Source: an uncultured Oscillospiraceae bacterium
GTDB lineage: Bacteria > Bacillota > Clostridia > Saccharofermentanales > UBA5734
Length of the DNA: 64,000 nt
Assembly: GCA_963827665.1 (NCBI GenBank)
Contig: CAWHBQ010000006.1
Location: 191,953 to 255,952 of the forward strand
Direction of reading: 5' to 3'
Shown here one piece after another: positions 36,066 to 44,906 of this stretch; position 1 is the first letter of the stretch, and the number at the start of each line of letters is the position of its first letter. Both the position numbers and the translations under genes were made by a program. A model generated the notes under the pieces. It saw only the letters and a program-made list of their open reading frames with translations, had not been told where the DNA came from and searched no databases.

Positions 36066-37426
36066 AGCGAACTGTTTTCCTTGTCGATATGAACGCTTTT
36101 TTCATTTCCTGCGAAATGACCCGGAATCCCGCCTTGCGTGGTTTGCCTGCCGCAGTTGCCGGCGACCCGGTCAAACGGACCGGGATCATTCTGGCGGCCA
36201 ATTATGATGCCCGTGCCCTGGGGGTTCGCACAGCCATGACGCTCCATGAAGCATTGAAATACTGCCCGGGTCTCGCCCTGGTGCCGCCTGACCATTCGTT
36301 TTACGCCGAAAAGTCACGCGAAGTGATGGCGATCCTTGACCAGTTCAGCCCGGTCGTCGAACAGAACAGCATCGACGAGGCATGGCTGGACATGACCGGT
36401 TGTGAAGGCTTGTTTGGTCCGCCGCTGGAATCTGCCAGGCTGATCATGCAGGCCATCGAGACCAAGCTTGGCTTGTGGTGCTCGATCGGGATCGCCGAAA
36501 ACAAGTTCCTGGCTAAAATGGCGTCGGAAATGAAGAAACCCCGGGGCATCACTGAATTATGGACAGCCGATGTTCCCCGGAAACTATGGCCGTTACCGGT
36601 CCAGTCGATGCATGGTGTGGGTGGCAAGACGGCTGCGAAACTTGAGCGGCTAGGCATCCGGACGATCGGCGACCTGGCTCGGCTCGACAGCCGTTTCCTT
36701 GTCCAGCTGTTCGGCAAGGCAGGGGACGACCTGCACCGCCATGCCAACGGCATCGATGAGTCGCCGGTCCAGTCCCATCGCCATGACGATGCCAAATCGA
36801 TCGGCCGTTCAACAACCCTGGCCGAAGACGTCAGTGACCTGGCAGATGCCAAACGCATCATCCTGGAATTGGCTGGCGAGGTCGGCCTGCGCGCCCGCCG
36901 CCAGGGCGGCAAAGGCCAGACCGTCCAGATCACCCTCAAGTACACGGATTTCAAGGTAGTCACCCGCCAGGCCACGGTCGAGTCGACCTGGTCGACCGAT
37001 GATATCTATCTGGCCGGTTGTGCCCTGCTCGAGCAAAACTGGGATCCCAGGCGGCCGGTGCGTCTGCTGGGCATTACTTTGACTGGTTTTAGCAAGGGTG
37101 ATTCGGTTCAGGACAATGCTGAACAGGCTGGCTTGCCCCGCCAGCTATCTATTTTCGATATGCCAGAAACTTTGCCGCCTGGAGACAAACCCGAAGGCCG
37201 TCCTGTGGGCCAACCTGGCCAGGGCCAAGCCAGCCAGGGTAAAGATGGCTTGTCGCAAGTTCCTGCCGCATCATCCGGCCAGCAGTCGGCCACCAGGCGT
37301 GATCAGCTGGAAAAAGCAATGGACGGCATCCTGGCTAAACATGGATCCGGGATGATCACCCGCGCTGCCCTGATCCGGGAAGACAAGGCCTTTCCGGATA
37401 AAAAACATAAACCCAAACCAGATTGA
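36062..37426 (+). CDS. dinB: DNA polymerase IV (Y-family, DinB) with Gln/Gly/Pro-rich C-terminal extension
   Basis: MKRTVFLVDMNAFFISCE catalytic N-terminus, little-finger domain. About 100-aa low-complexity tail. 454 aa. Confidence 0.9.
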   Translation: MKRTVFLVDMNAFFISCEMTRNPALRGLPAAVAGDPVKRTGIILAANYDARALGVRTAMTLHEALKYCPGLALVPPDHSFYAEKSREVMAILDQFSPVVEQNSIDEAWLDMTGCEGLFGPPLESARLIMQAIETKLGLWCSIGIAENKFLAKMASEMKKPRGITELWTADVPRKLWPLPVQSMHGVGGKTAAKLERLGIRTIGDLARLDSRFLVQLFGKAGDDLHRHANGIDESPVQSHRHDDAKSIGRSTTLAEDVSDLADAKRIILELAGEVGLRARRQGGKGQTVQITLKYTDFKVVTRQATVESTWSTDDIYLAGCALLEQNWDPRRPVRLLGITLTGFSKGDSVQDNAEQAGLPRQLSIFDMPETLPPGDKPEGRPVGQPGQGQASQGKDGLSQVPAASSGQQSATRRDQLEKAMDGILAKHGSGMITRAALIREDKAFPDKKHKPKPD

Positions 37427-37582
37427 AATCCTGCTGTCTATATAATTAACCGTCCAGTTGGCACATAGTTGTCGAGCGGATCATCCGTCTTGCGATGTAT
37501 AATTTAAGTATGTACAACTGACGCTAGACACCGCGTGCTTGCGGCTTGTCGGATTTGCTCAAGGCAGCTGGGAGTTGATCAA

Positions 37583-38284
37583 ATGTCATTTATTCAGATG
37601 GTTGATTGCCATAAACGATACAAGATGGGCAGTACGACGATCGTCGCCAACAATGGCATCGATTTTGAAATCGAAAAGGGCGAATTCGTTGTCATCGTCG
37701 GGCCGTCGGGCGCCGGCAAGTCGACGGTGCTCAATATTCTCGGCGGCATGGACACCTGTGATGAAGGTCAGGTGATCATTGACGGCAAGGATATCGCCCG
37801 CTATTCCAGCCGAGAACTGACCACCTACCGACGGCTGGACATTGGCTTTGTCTTCCAGTTTTACAACTTGATGCCCAATTTGACGACCCTTGAGAATGTC
37901 GAACTATCCGCACAGATTGTACCGGGAGCCAAGGATCCCCAGAAGGTCCTGGAGAGCGTCGGCCTCGGCGAACGCCTCGACAATTTCCCGGCTCAGCTCT
38001 CCGGCGGTGAGCAACAGCGGGTGGCGATTGCCAGAGCCCTGGCCAAAAACCCGAAGCTTCTGCTGGCCGATGAACCGACAGGCGCACTGGATTACCACAC
38101 TGGCAAATCCATCTTGAAACTGCTGCAGAACACCTGCAAGGAAACCGGGACAACAGTCATTGTCATCACCCACAACCAGGCGATTACGCCCATTGCCGAT
38201 CGGGTGATCGAAATCAACGATGCCAAAGTCCGCAGGATGAAAATCAACGAACATCCGGTTTCCATCGATGTGATCGAATGGTAG
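37583..38284 (+). CDS. ABC transporter ATP-binding protein (MacB/LolD/FtsE-type)
   Basis: Walker [10 protein letters not shown], signature [15 protein letters not shown], Walker [21 protein letters not shown] upstream of ATG 37583. Confidence 0.9.
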   Translation: MSFIQMVDCHKRYKMGSTTIVANNGIDFEIEKGEFVVIVGPSGAGKSTVLNILGGMDTCDEGQVIIDGKDIARYSSRELTTYRRLDIGFVFQFYNLMPNLTTLENVELSAQIVPGAKDPQKVLESVGLGERLDNFPAQLSGGEQQRVAIARALAKNPKLLLADEPTGALDYHTGKSILKLLQNTCKETGTTVIVITHNQAITPIADRVIEINDAKVRRMKINEHPVSIDVIEW

Positions 38285-38293
38285 GCGAGAACT

Positions 38294-41200
38294 GTGCGTA
38301 AAAAAGCGCTCCACAAGGATGTCCTCAAGGAATATTCCAGATCGATCACACGTTTCCTGTCGATCATGCTGATGATCGCCCTGGGTTCGTTTATTTTTGT
38401 CGGCCTTTACGTGACCGGGCCGACGATGCGCAGGACAATCCTGACCTATACCGACACCTATCACCTGGAAGATATGATTGTGACCACGCCGTTTGGCCTC
38501 GAGCATGAAGACAAGGTCCTGCTGGAATCGTTGACCGGGGTTGAGCTGCTCGACTACAGCTATCGCGCCGACTTGATGCTGGCCGATTCGGATATTGTTG
38601 TCCGCACGGAATCACTGGCCAGGCTGCCGAGCTATGAAATCATCGCTGGCCGGCTTCCTGAAGCGGCCGACGAAATCGCGCTAGACGCCTTGATGCAGCA
38701 AAAAGGCTTTGCAATCGGCGGCCATATATCTTTCATCCCCCGGAAATTCAAAGACAATTATATTCTGAACCATTTTGACTATGTCATCGTCGGTTTTGTC
38801 AATTCACCTGAATACCTGATGCCGACAGCCAAAGGATCAGCCACGATTGGCGATGGGACGATCGATGCTTTCGGGCTGATCACAGCCTCCAACTTCGATT
38901 TGACCGATGTCAGCCTTGCCCGCCTGACTTTCAAGGATGTCCTGGGCCTGAACACCTATTCGAGTCAATACAAGACCTTGATGAAAGCCCATGTTGAAGA
39001 ATTGGACAGCGTTTTTGCCGCCCGCCCTGAAATCCGCCTCCTGCGCTTCCAGAAGGAAGGCATTGAAGAAATCACGACCGCCGAAGGCGATATTTCCGAA
39101 GCCGAACAAGAGCTGCTCGACGCACGGAAGAAGCTGGACGACGCCAAAGCCGAGTTGGAACAGGGCTGGCTCGACTACCAGGATGGTAAAGCAGAATTTG
39201 CGCAGAAGATCAAAGATGCTGAAAAGAAAATCACATCCGGCCAGGAAGATCTGTGGGCCGCGAAGGTCACTTTGGACGATGGCTATGCCAAGTTCTCGAC
39301 AGGTGAACAGGAAATGGCCCAAGCCCGAGCAGATTATGCTGATGCAAAGGCCAGGCTCGATAGCGCTGCGGTCCAGATTGCCGATGGCCAGAATCAGCTT
39401 GATGCAGCCCAGGAAATAATTGATGACAACCGGGCTGCCCTCGAGCAACAGACTTTGACCGTCAACGCCAGCCTGGCAGCCATCAATGCTGGCCTGGTCC
39501 AGAGCGGACTCGACCCGGCGGATGCCGCAGTTGATCCTCAGCTTGCTGCTGTCACGGACCAGATCAGCCAAGCTCAGGCTGGCCTGGCTGCAGTCGACAG
39601 CCAGATCAGTCAGTTTGACCCATCAGTTTCTGTGACAGACCTCAATCTGGCCGACCTGCCTGGTCAGATCAACACCCTGACCATGCAGCGAGCGACCTTG
39701 TCAGATCGGCAAGCAGAGCTTGAGGGCCTGGCCACCCTGACTCTGGACGAACAGGCTGAATTGGCCGCCATCCCGGAGCAGATTTCGCTGATCGATTTGA
39801 AAATCGCACTGGCCCAACTGTACATCCAGAAGCAGACCTTGACGACCAACATTGCGAATCTGGGTACTGTGCAGGGCCTTTTAACCAACAAACAGACACT
39901 CCTCAGTTCGATCCCTCAGCTGACGGCAGCCAAAGCCCAGCTTGATGAAGGACAAAAAACACTCGATGTCCAATGGGCCACATTCAACGCCAGGAAGGCT
40001 GAGTATGAAGCGGGCCGCAGCCAGCTGGCGGCCGGCGGGACGAAAATCGCCGAGGGGCTGGCCAAACTTGAGGCGTCAAGGGCCGAGCTCGCTGACGGAC
40101 AAGCCAAGTATGACCAGGGTGTCGCCGATCTCGAAGCGGCGCGCAAGAAGCTGGCCAGTGAAAAAGCCAAAGGCCAGGCTGAACTGGAAAAAGCTTACCG
40201 GAAGATCCTCGACGGTGAGGCGGAATACGAAGAAGGTCTGAAAACCTATCAGGAAAAGCTGCCCGGCGCCCAGGAGGATATCGCCCAGGGCAAGACCGAT
40301 ATCAAGGCAGCTAAAAGCGATCTGGCTCGTTTGAAAGTGCCCGATTATACCATCTATGATCGGTACAAGGATCCTGGCTTTTTCCAGTATATCGAGAATT
40401 CGGAGAGCATGGATTTTTTGTCCTATGTGTTCCCGGTCTTTTTCTTCCTGATCGCCCTGCTGGTCTCCCTGACCACCATGACACGCATGGTCGATGAGCA
40501 GCGCCTTCAGATCGGCACCCTCAAAGCGCTGAGTTACTCCAATTGGGACATCATCTGGAAGTACCTGTCCTATGGCAGCCTGGCCAGTCTCCTGGGCAGC
40601 CTGATCGGGATTTATGCGGGCCAGAAAATCCTGATGCCGGTTGTTTTTGCGGCCTATTCCTCAAATTTCCTGTTTACCCAGGAACTGCCCGAGCTTTCGC
40701 CTGTTTTCAGCATCCTGGCCATTATCATCAGTTTGCTCTGCACAGGCTTTGTCGCACTTTTGACGACTCGGGCCTCGCTGAAAGAAAATGTTGCTTCGCT
40801 GCTCCGGCCTAAGGCACCGAAGACAGGGAACCGGATCCTGATCGAACGCATGACTCCCTTGTGGCGACGTCTGTCGTTCCACAACAAGGTGACAGCGCGC
40901 AATATCTTCCGGTTTAAAAAGCGGATGATGATGACAATCCTCGGGGTTTCCGGCTGCGCGGCCCTGATCTTCATGGGCTTTGGCATCCGGGATTCGATCG
41001 GTTCGATCCTCGGCAAGCAGTACGGTGACCTGTTCCGCTATGATTCAATCGTGATCTTCGACGAAAACGCCGCCGCAGAAGACCTGCAAGCTTTCCATGC
41101 CGAACTGGCCGCTGACAGCCGGATTGCCAAGATCTACCCGGCCAGGCTGGAACAAGGGCGAATCCAGATCCCGGGGAAGCTAGACCAGGATATCAATATC

Positions 41201-42016
41201 GTTGTCCCGCAGGATGAGAAGACATTCCTCGAGGTCAATCAGCTGCGCGGCCGGATCAGCAGAAAACCGATCACGTTGAACGATGGCGCGGTGATTTCGG
41301 AAAAGATCGCGATGCTGCTCGGCCTGGGAGCCGGGGATGCGCTGGAATTCGAAGACGTCGACGGCATGCTGAAAAAAATCAGGATTTCCGGTGTCACCGA
41401 AAATTACACCGCCCATTATATGTATCTGCCGGTTGCCTATTATGAGGAAGTGTTTGCCAAGCCGTACCATCCGAACAGTGATTACATCATCCTTCAAGAT
41501 GCCAATCCGGATGCCGCCAGCCTTTTCTCTCGGGAAATGCTGGACAAAGACATCGTGCTGAGCGCCATCAACACGTACTCGACCAGCGACACGATCGATA
41601 AACTGGTTGGCGCAATGAACATTATTGTCGTGGTCATCCTGCTCGCTTCATCGATGCTGGCGATTGTCGTGCTATACAACCTGACGAATATCAATGTTTC
41701 GGAACGAATCCGGGAATTGTCGACGATCATGGTGCTTGGTTTCTACCCGGGCGAGGTGACAGCCTATGTCTATCGAGAAACGATGACATTGACCGGCCTT
41801 GGGATTCTGGCCGGTTTCGTGTTCGGACGGCTGCTGCATTATTATGTCATCAGTTCGCTGGCACCTTCAAACGTTCTGCTTGATCCTTATGTCAACTTGA
41901 GCACTTATATTCTGTCTGCTGTCTTTACAGTCGCCTTTTCCCTGATTGTCATGGCGATCATGCACCGGAGGCTGAAAGGCATCGATATGGTTCAAGCCTT
42001 GAAAGCCGTCGAATAA
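38294..42016 (+). CDS. FtsX-like ABC permease (MacB family) of 1240 aa with an ~350-aa coiled-coil extracytoplasmic insert
   Basis: Two FtsX-type 4-TM modules, at about residues 700-830 and the C-terminus. Long AELEQG/LDxAxAxL coiled-coil repeats. GTG start 10 nt after the ATPase stop. Confidence 0.8.
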   Translation: MRKKALHKDVLKEYSRSITRFLSIMLMIALGSFIFVGLYVTGPTMRRTILTYTDTYHLEDMIVTTPFGLEHEDKVLLESLTGVELLDYSYRADLMLADSDIVVRTESLARLPSYEIIAGRLPEAADEIALDALMQQKGFAIGGHISFIPRKFKDNYILNHFDYVIVGFVNSPEYLMPTAKGSATIGDGTIDAFGLITASNFDLTDVSLARLTFKDVLGLNTYSSQYKTLMKAHVEELDSVFAARPEIRLLRFQKEGIEEITTAEGDISEAEQELLDARKKLDDAKAELEQGWLDYQDGKAEFAQKIKDAEKKITSGQEDLWAAKVTLDDGYAKFSTGEQEMAQARADYADAKARLDSAAVQIADGQNQLDAAQEIIDDNRAALEQQTLTVNASLAAINAGLVQSGLDPADAAVDPQLAAVTDQISQAQAGLAAVDSQISQFDPSVSVTDLNLADLPGQINTLTMQRATLSDRQAELEGLATLTLDEQAELAAIPEQISLIDLKIALAQLYIQKQTLTTNIANLGTVQGLLTNKQTLLSSIPQLTAAKAQLDEGQKTLDVQWATFNARKAEYEAGRSQLAAGGTKIAEGLAKLEASRAELADGQAKYDQGVADLEAARKKLASEKAKGQAELEKAYRKILDGEAEYEEGLKTYQEKLPGAQEDIAQGKTDIKAAKSDLARLKVPDYTIYDRYKDPGFFQYIENSESMDFLSYVFPVFFFLIALLVSLTTMTRMVDEQRLQIGTLKALSYSNWDIIWKYLSYGSLASLLGSLIGIYAGQKILMPVVFAAYSSNFLFTQELPELSPVFSILAIIISLLCTGFVALLTTRASLKENVASLLRPKAPKTGNRILIERMTPLWRRLSFHNKVTARNIFRFKKRMMMTILGVSGCAALIFMGFGIRDSIGSILGKQYGDLFRYDSIVIFDENAAAEDLQAFHAELAADSRIAKIYPARLEQGRIQIPGKLDQDINIVVPQDEKTFLEVNQLRGRISRKPITLNDGAVISEKIAMLLGLGAGDALEFEDVDGMLKKIRISGVTENYTAHYMYLPVAYYEEVFAKPYHPNSDYIILQDANPDAASLFSREMLDKDIVLSAINTYSTSDTIDKLVGAMNIIVVVILLASSMLAIVVLYNLTNINVSERIRELSTIMVLGFYPGEVTAYVYRETMTLTGLGILAGFVFGRLLHYYVISSLAPSNVLLDPYVNLSTYILSAVFTVAFSLIVMAIMHRRLKGIDMVQALKAVE

Positions 42017-42071
42017 TCACGAAAAATCCGAAGTGGACGAACGCTAACCTAGCTTGAAGGGACAAACTGCT

Positions 42072-43637
42072 ATGATCAGTCTCTACGTCGTCATTGTCTT
42101 CCTGATCGGCATCGCCTGCTCGATTCTCTTTCTGTATGCGATGTTCAAGCAAAATAACCGGTTAGCCGCATTGTTCTCGGTCATGTGCCTGGCTTTGACC
42201 ATCTATGTCCTGGGTTATGGATTTGAATTACTTGCAAAAACCCTGGAACAGATCTGGTTCATCATCAAAATCGAGTACTTTGGCGCTTCCTTCATGACGG
42301 TATTCTGGCTGATGTTTGCCTTCAAATTCCGATTTAACCGGCTGCCCTCCTTTAAACTGAATTTGGCTATCCTGGTCATTCCGATTTTGACCTTGCTATT
42401 TTGCGTCACCAACGAATATCACCACCTGCTCTACACTGATGTTTCAGCCCAGGAGACAGGAGGATTCCTGATCGCGCAAATTACGCGGGGGCCCTGGTAT
42501 TATGTCCACAGTATTTACTCGTATTGCCTGATTCTGACTGGCATCTATTTTTTCTTCCTGACCTGGCGGAAATCCAAATCCCAGCTGAAACTGCAGGCTT
42601 TCTGGATGTTTTCCGGTACGCTTTTTCCAGTCGTCATCAACTTGACCTACCTGTCCGGGATTGATCCCTATGGCCTCGACCTGACACCGCTTGGCCTGAT
42701 CGTACTGGTCATTGCCTACTTCATCGCCCTGTTTCGCTATGATTTCCTCGAGTTGAAAGAAATCGTCCGCGGCGTAGCTTTTTCGGAAATCAAGGAAGGC
42801 ATTATCGTGGTCGATGCCCAGAACCGGCTGATTGACTTCAATAAGAGTGCGCAGAACATTTTCCGCTGGCTGAGTGCGGACCAGATCAGCATGCCGATGG
42901 CGACCTGGCCAGAGGGCCAGGCGATTGTCCGGCCCCAATCCAGTCCTTTTGACTTGCAAGTTGTCAACGACGGTGAAACGCAGCTCTATGAATTCCGGAT
43001 CACACCACTCGAAGAAAACCACAAACATATGGGCAACATTTACTTTTTCAGTGATGTGACAACTCAGCGGCAATTGCTGCAGGACTTGAATTTCATGGCC
43101 AGCTTTGATTCGATGACGCAGATCTACAACCGAAGGCGACTACTCGAGGAAGCCCAGCTCGAAACCCAGCGTCTGTTGCGCTATGGCGGCAATATGTCCG
43201 TGCTGATGATCGATATCGACCACTTCAAACAGGTGAACGACCGGTACGGCCACAAAGCCGGCGACGAGGTGATCAGGATGGTCGTTCGAGTCTGTCAGAA
43301 CAGGTGCCGCGAGACCGATATTTTCGGCCGTTATGGCGGCGAGGAATTTGTCCTCGTCCTCAAGGAAGCAGATTCGAAAAAGGCGATGCAGATTGCCGAG
43401 TTCATCCGTAAACAAGTGGAAGATACAGTCGTCCGATATGAAGGCGAAGAGATCAGGATCACGGTCAGCATCGGCATTGCTTCCGTATCCGGTACAATGG
43501 GCGTAAGCAACATCGATGTCATCATCAATGAAGCTGATATTGCCCTCTACAAAGTCAAAAACAGCGGCCGAAACGGCTCATTTGTCTATACTGATGAAAT
43601 GCGCAGCGCACATGCGGCGCACAGTTCTGTAGGCTGA
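42072..43637 (+). CDS. Membrane-anchored sensor diguanylate cyclase (7TM-type N-terminal sensor, PAS-like, GGDEF)
   Basis: 7 hydrophobic helices, then the GGDEF domain with RYGGEEF and DIDHFKQVNDRYGHKAGD. ATG 42072 with RBS GAAGGGA. Confidence 0.85.
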   Translation: MISLYVVIVFLIGIACSILFLYAMFKQNNRLAALFSVMCLALTIYVLGYGFELLAKTLEQIWFIIKIEYFGASFMTVFWLMFAFKFRFNRLPSFKLNLAILVIPILTLLFCVTNEYHHLLYTDVSAQETGGFLIAQITRGPWYYVHSIYSYCLILTGIYFFFLTWRKSKSQLKLQAFWMFSGTLFPVVINLTYLSGIDPYGLDLTPLGLIVLVIAYFIALFRYDFLELKEIVRGVAFSEIKEGIIVVDAQNRLIDFNKSAQNIFRWLSADQISMPMATWPEGQAIVRPQSSPFDLQVVNDGETQLYEFRITPLEENHKHMGNIYFFSDVTTQRQLLQDLNFMASFDSMTQIYNRRRLLEEAQLETQRLLRYGGNMSVLMIDIDHFKQVNDRYGHKAGDEVIRMVVRVCQNRCRETDIFGRYGGEEFVLVLKEADSKKAMQIAEFIRKQVEDTVVRYEGEEIRITVSIGIASVSGTMGVSNIDVIINEADIALYKVKNSGRNGSFVYTDEMRSAHAAHSSVG

Positions 43638-43653
43638 ATTGACATGCGACAAG

Positions 43654-44031
43654 CTAGGGCAGCAGGTCGAGAAGCTTGGGCCAGAAGATCTGGACCCCGA
43701 GGACCAACGAACCAATGGCTGTGATGAGCACCGCCCCGGCTGCCAAATCCTTGATTTGTTTGGCCAGGGGGTGAAAGCCCGGGCTGACGAGATCGACGAC
43801 ACGTTCCAGGGCACTGTTGAGACATTCGGCACTGAGGACCAGCGTGCAGCAAATTGCAATCACGGCCGCCTCTGTCCGGGTGATTCTGAATACAAAGCCA
43901 GCGACTGTCACAGCAGCGGCAAACAAGAGTTCGATCCTGAATACTTTTTCATGCCGGACAGCGGTGCTGATACCGACCACGGCATTCCGGACACTACTCA
44001 TTAAGGTGGTGTTTTTCATCTGTGACTTCAT
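43654..44031 (-). CDS. dgkA: Diacylglycerol/undecaprenol kinase (prokaryotic DgkA family)
   Basis: 125 aa, 3 TM, conserved DgkA core (AIAICCTLVLSAECLNSALE...GFHPLAK..KDLAAGAVL). Confidence 0.8.
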   Translation of the reverse strand: MKSQMKNTTLMSSVRNAVVGISTAVRHEKVFRIELLFAAAVTVAGFVFRITRTEAAVIAICCTLVLSAECLNSALERVVDLVSPGFHPLAKQIKDLAAGAVLITAIGSLVLGVQIFWPKLLDLLP

Positions 44032-44906
44032 CGACGGACCTCCCTTTTTTGACTGTAGTGTTCCGGATCAGTCTTCATTGGCGTATCGAAAAACTGGTGT
44101 TTAAGGATCAGGATAAGAGACACCCCCAGGAGTGCACCAGCGGTGACATCGGAAGGGAAATGGGCGCCGAGGCCGACTCGGCTGGTTGCGACAAGGATCA
44201 TCCAGAATGAGGCGAAAATGACTAATGTCCTGACCTTCACCGTGATATCAGGAAAGACACGGGGAAGCAGGGGGAGCAGCAGGACTGCTGCTGCATTAAG
44301 TGCATGACCGGACGGAAAAGAATAATTTCCGGTAATTCCCTGCGGATGATACCAGGCTGAAAATTCGGCAAAAGTCTGGCTCAAGTCACGGAAGCGGACT
44401 CTGCCCCAGAAAATTTTCACACTGTGAGCGACAAACTGGGCAGCCCAGAAGTAAAAGACTGCTACGAATGCGAAAGATCTCGCGAGCTGGCCATTGATTC
44501 GATTGACAGATCGACTGAGTTGGCGAACCAGGGCGACAGAGACTGCGAAGGCTATCGGGGCACCCAGGATGACCCAGAGTGGAAAATTCCCCGAACTGTC
44601 GCGGGTCAGGAAATATAGCGGCAATGAACCGGCCAGCGTCGTGCAGACGATAGTGGTCAGACCCCAGCCCCAATAGGCGACAAATCGCTGGAGCAGTGTG
44701 ACACGCGGCTCAGTTTGCCAGAGGAAAAGCGCCGAAATCGCGGCGAGGGCATTCAGCGGCCATTCGCCGAATGCTTCAAAAAACCGCCAGACTGCGTTCT
44801 GCGGACGATACAACGCCATGCTGATCTGCATATCCGTGAAAGAGAACACAAACAGCAGCAAAAGGGTCGTTCCGTAAAACAATCTGATGGTCGTTTTTTC
44901 ATTCAT
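44028..44906 (-). CDS. PAP2-superfamily membrane phosphatase (PgpB/undecaprenyl-diphosphatase-like)
   Basis: PAP2 motifs PSGH and SRVGLGAHFPSDV. 6 TM. The ATG is 2 nt after the xdh stop. Overlaps the dgkA start by 4 nt. Confidence 0.8.
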   Translation of the reverse strand: MNEKTTIRLFYGTTLLLLFVFSFTDMQISMALYRPQNAVWRFFEAFGEWPLNALAAISALFLWQTEPRVTLLQRFVAYWGWGLTTIVCTTLAGSLPLYFLTRDSSGNFPLWVILGAPIAFAVSVALVRQLSRSVNRINGQLARSFAFVAVFYFWAAQFVAHSVKIFWGRVRFRDLSQTFAEFSAWYHPQGITGNYSFPSGHALNAAAVLLLPLLPRVFPDITVKVRTLVIFASFWMILVATSRVGLGAHFPSDVTAGALLGVSLILILKHQFFDTPMKTDPEHYSQKREVRR

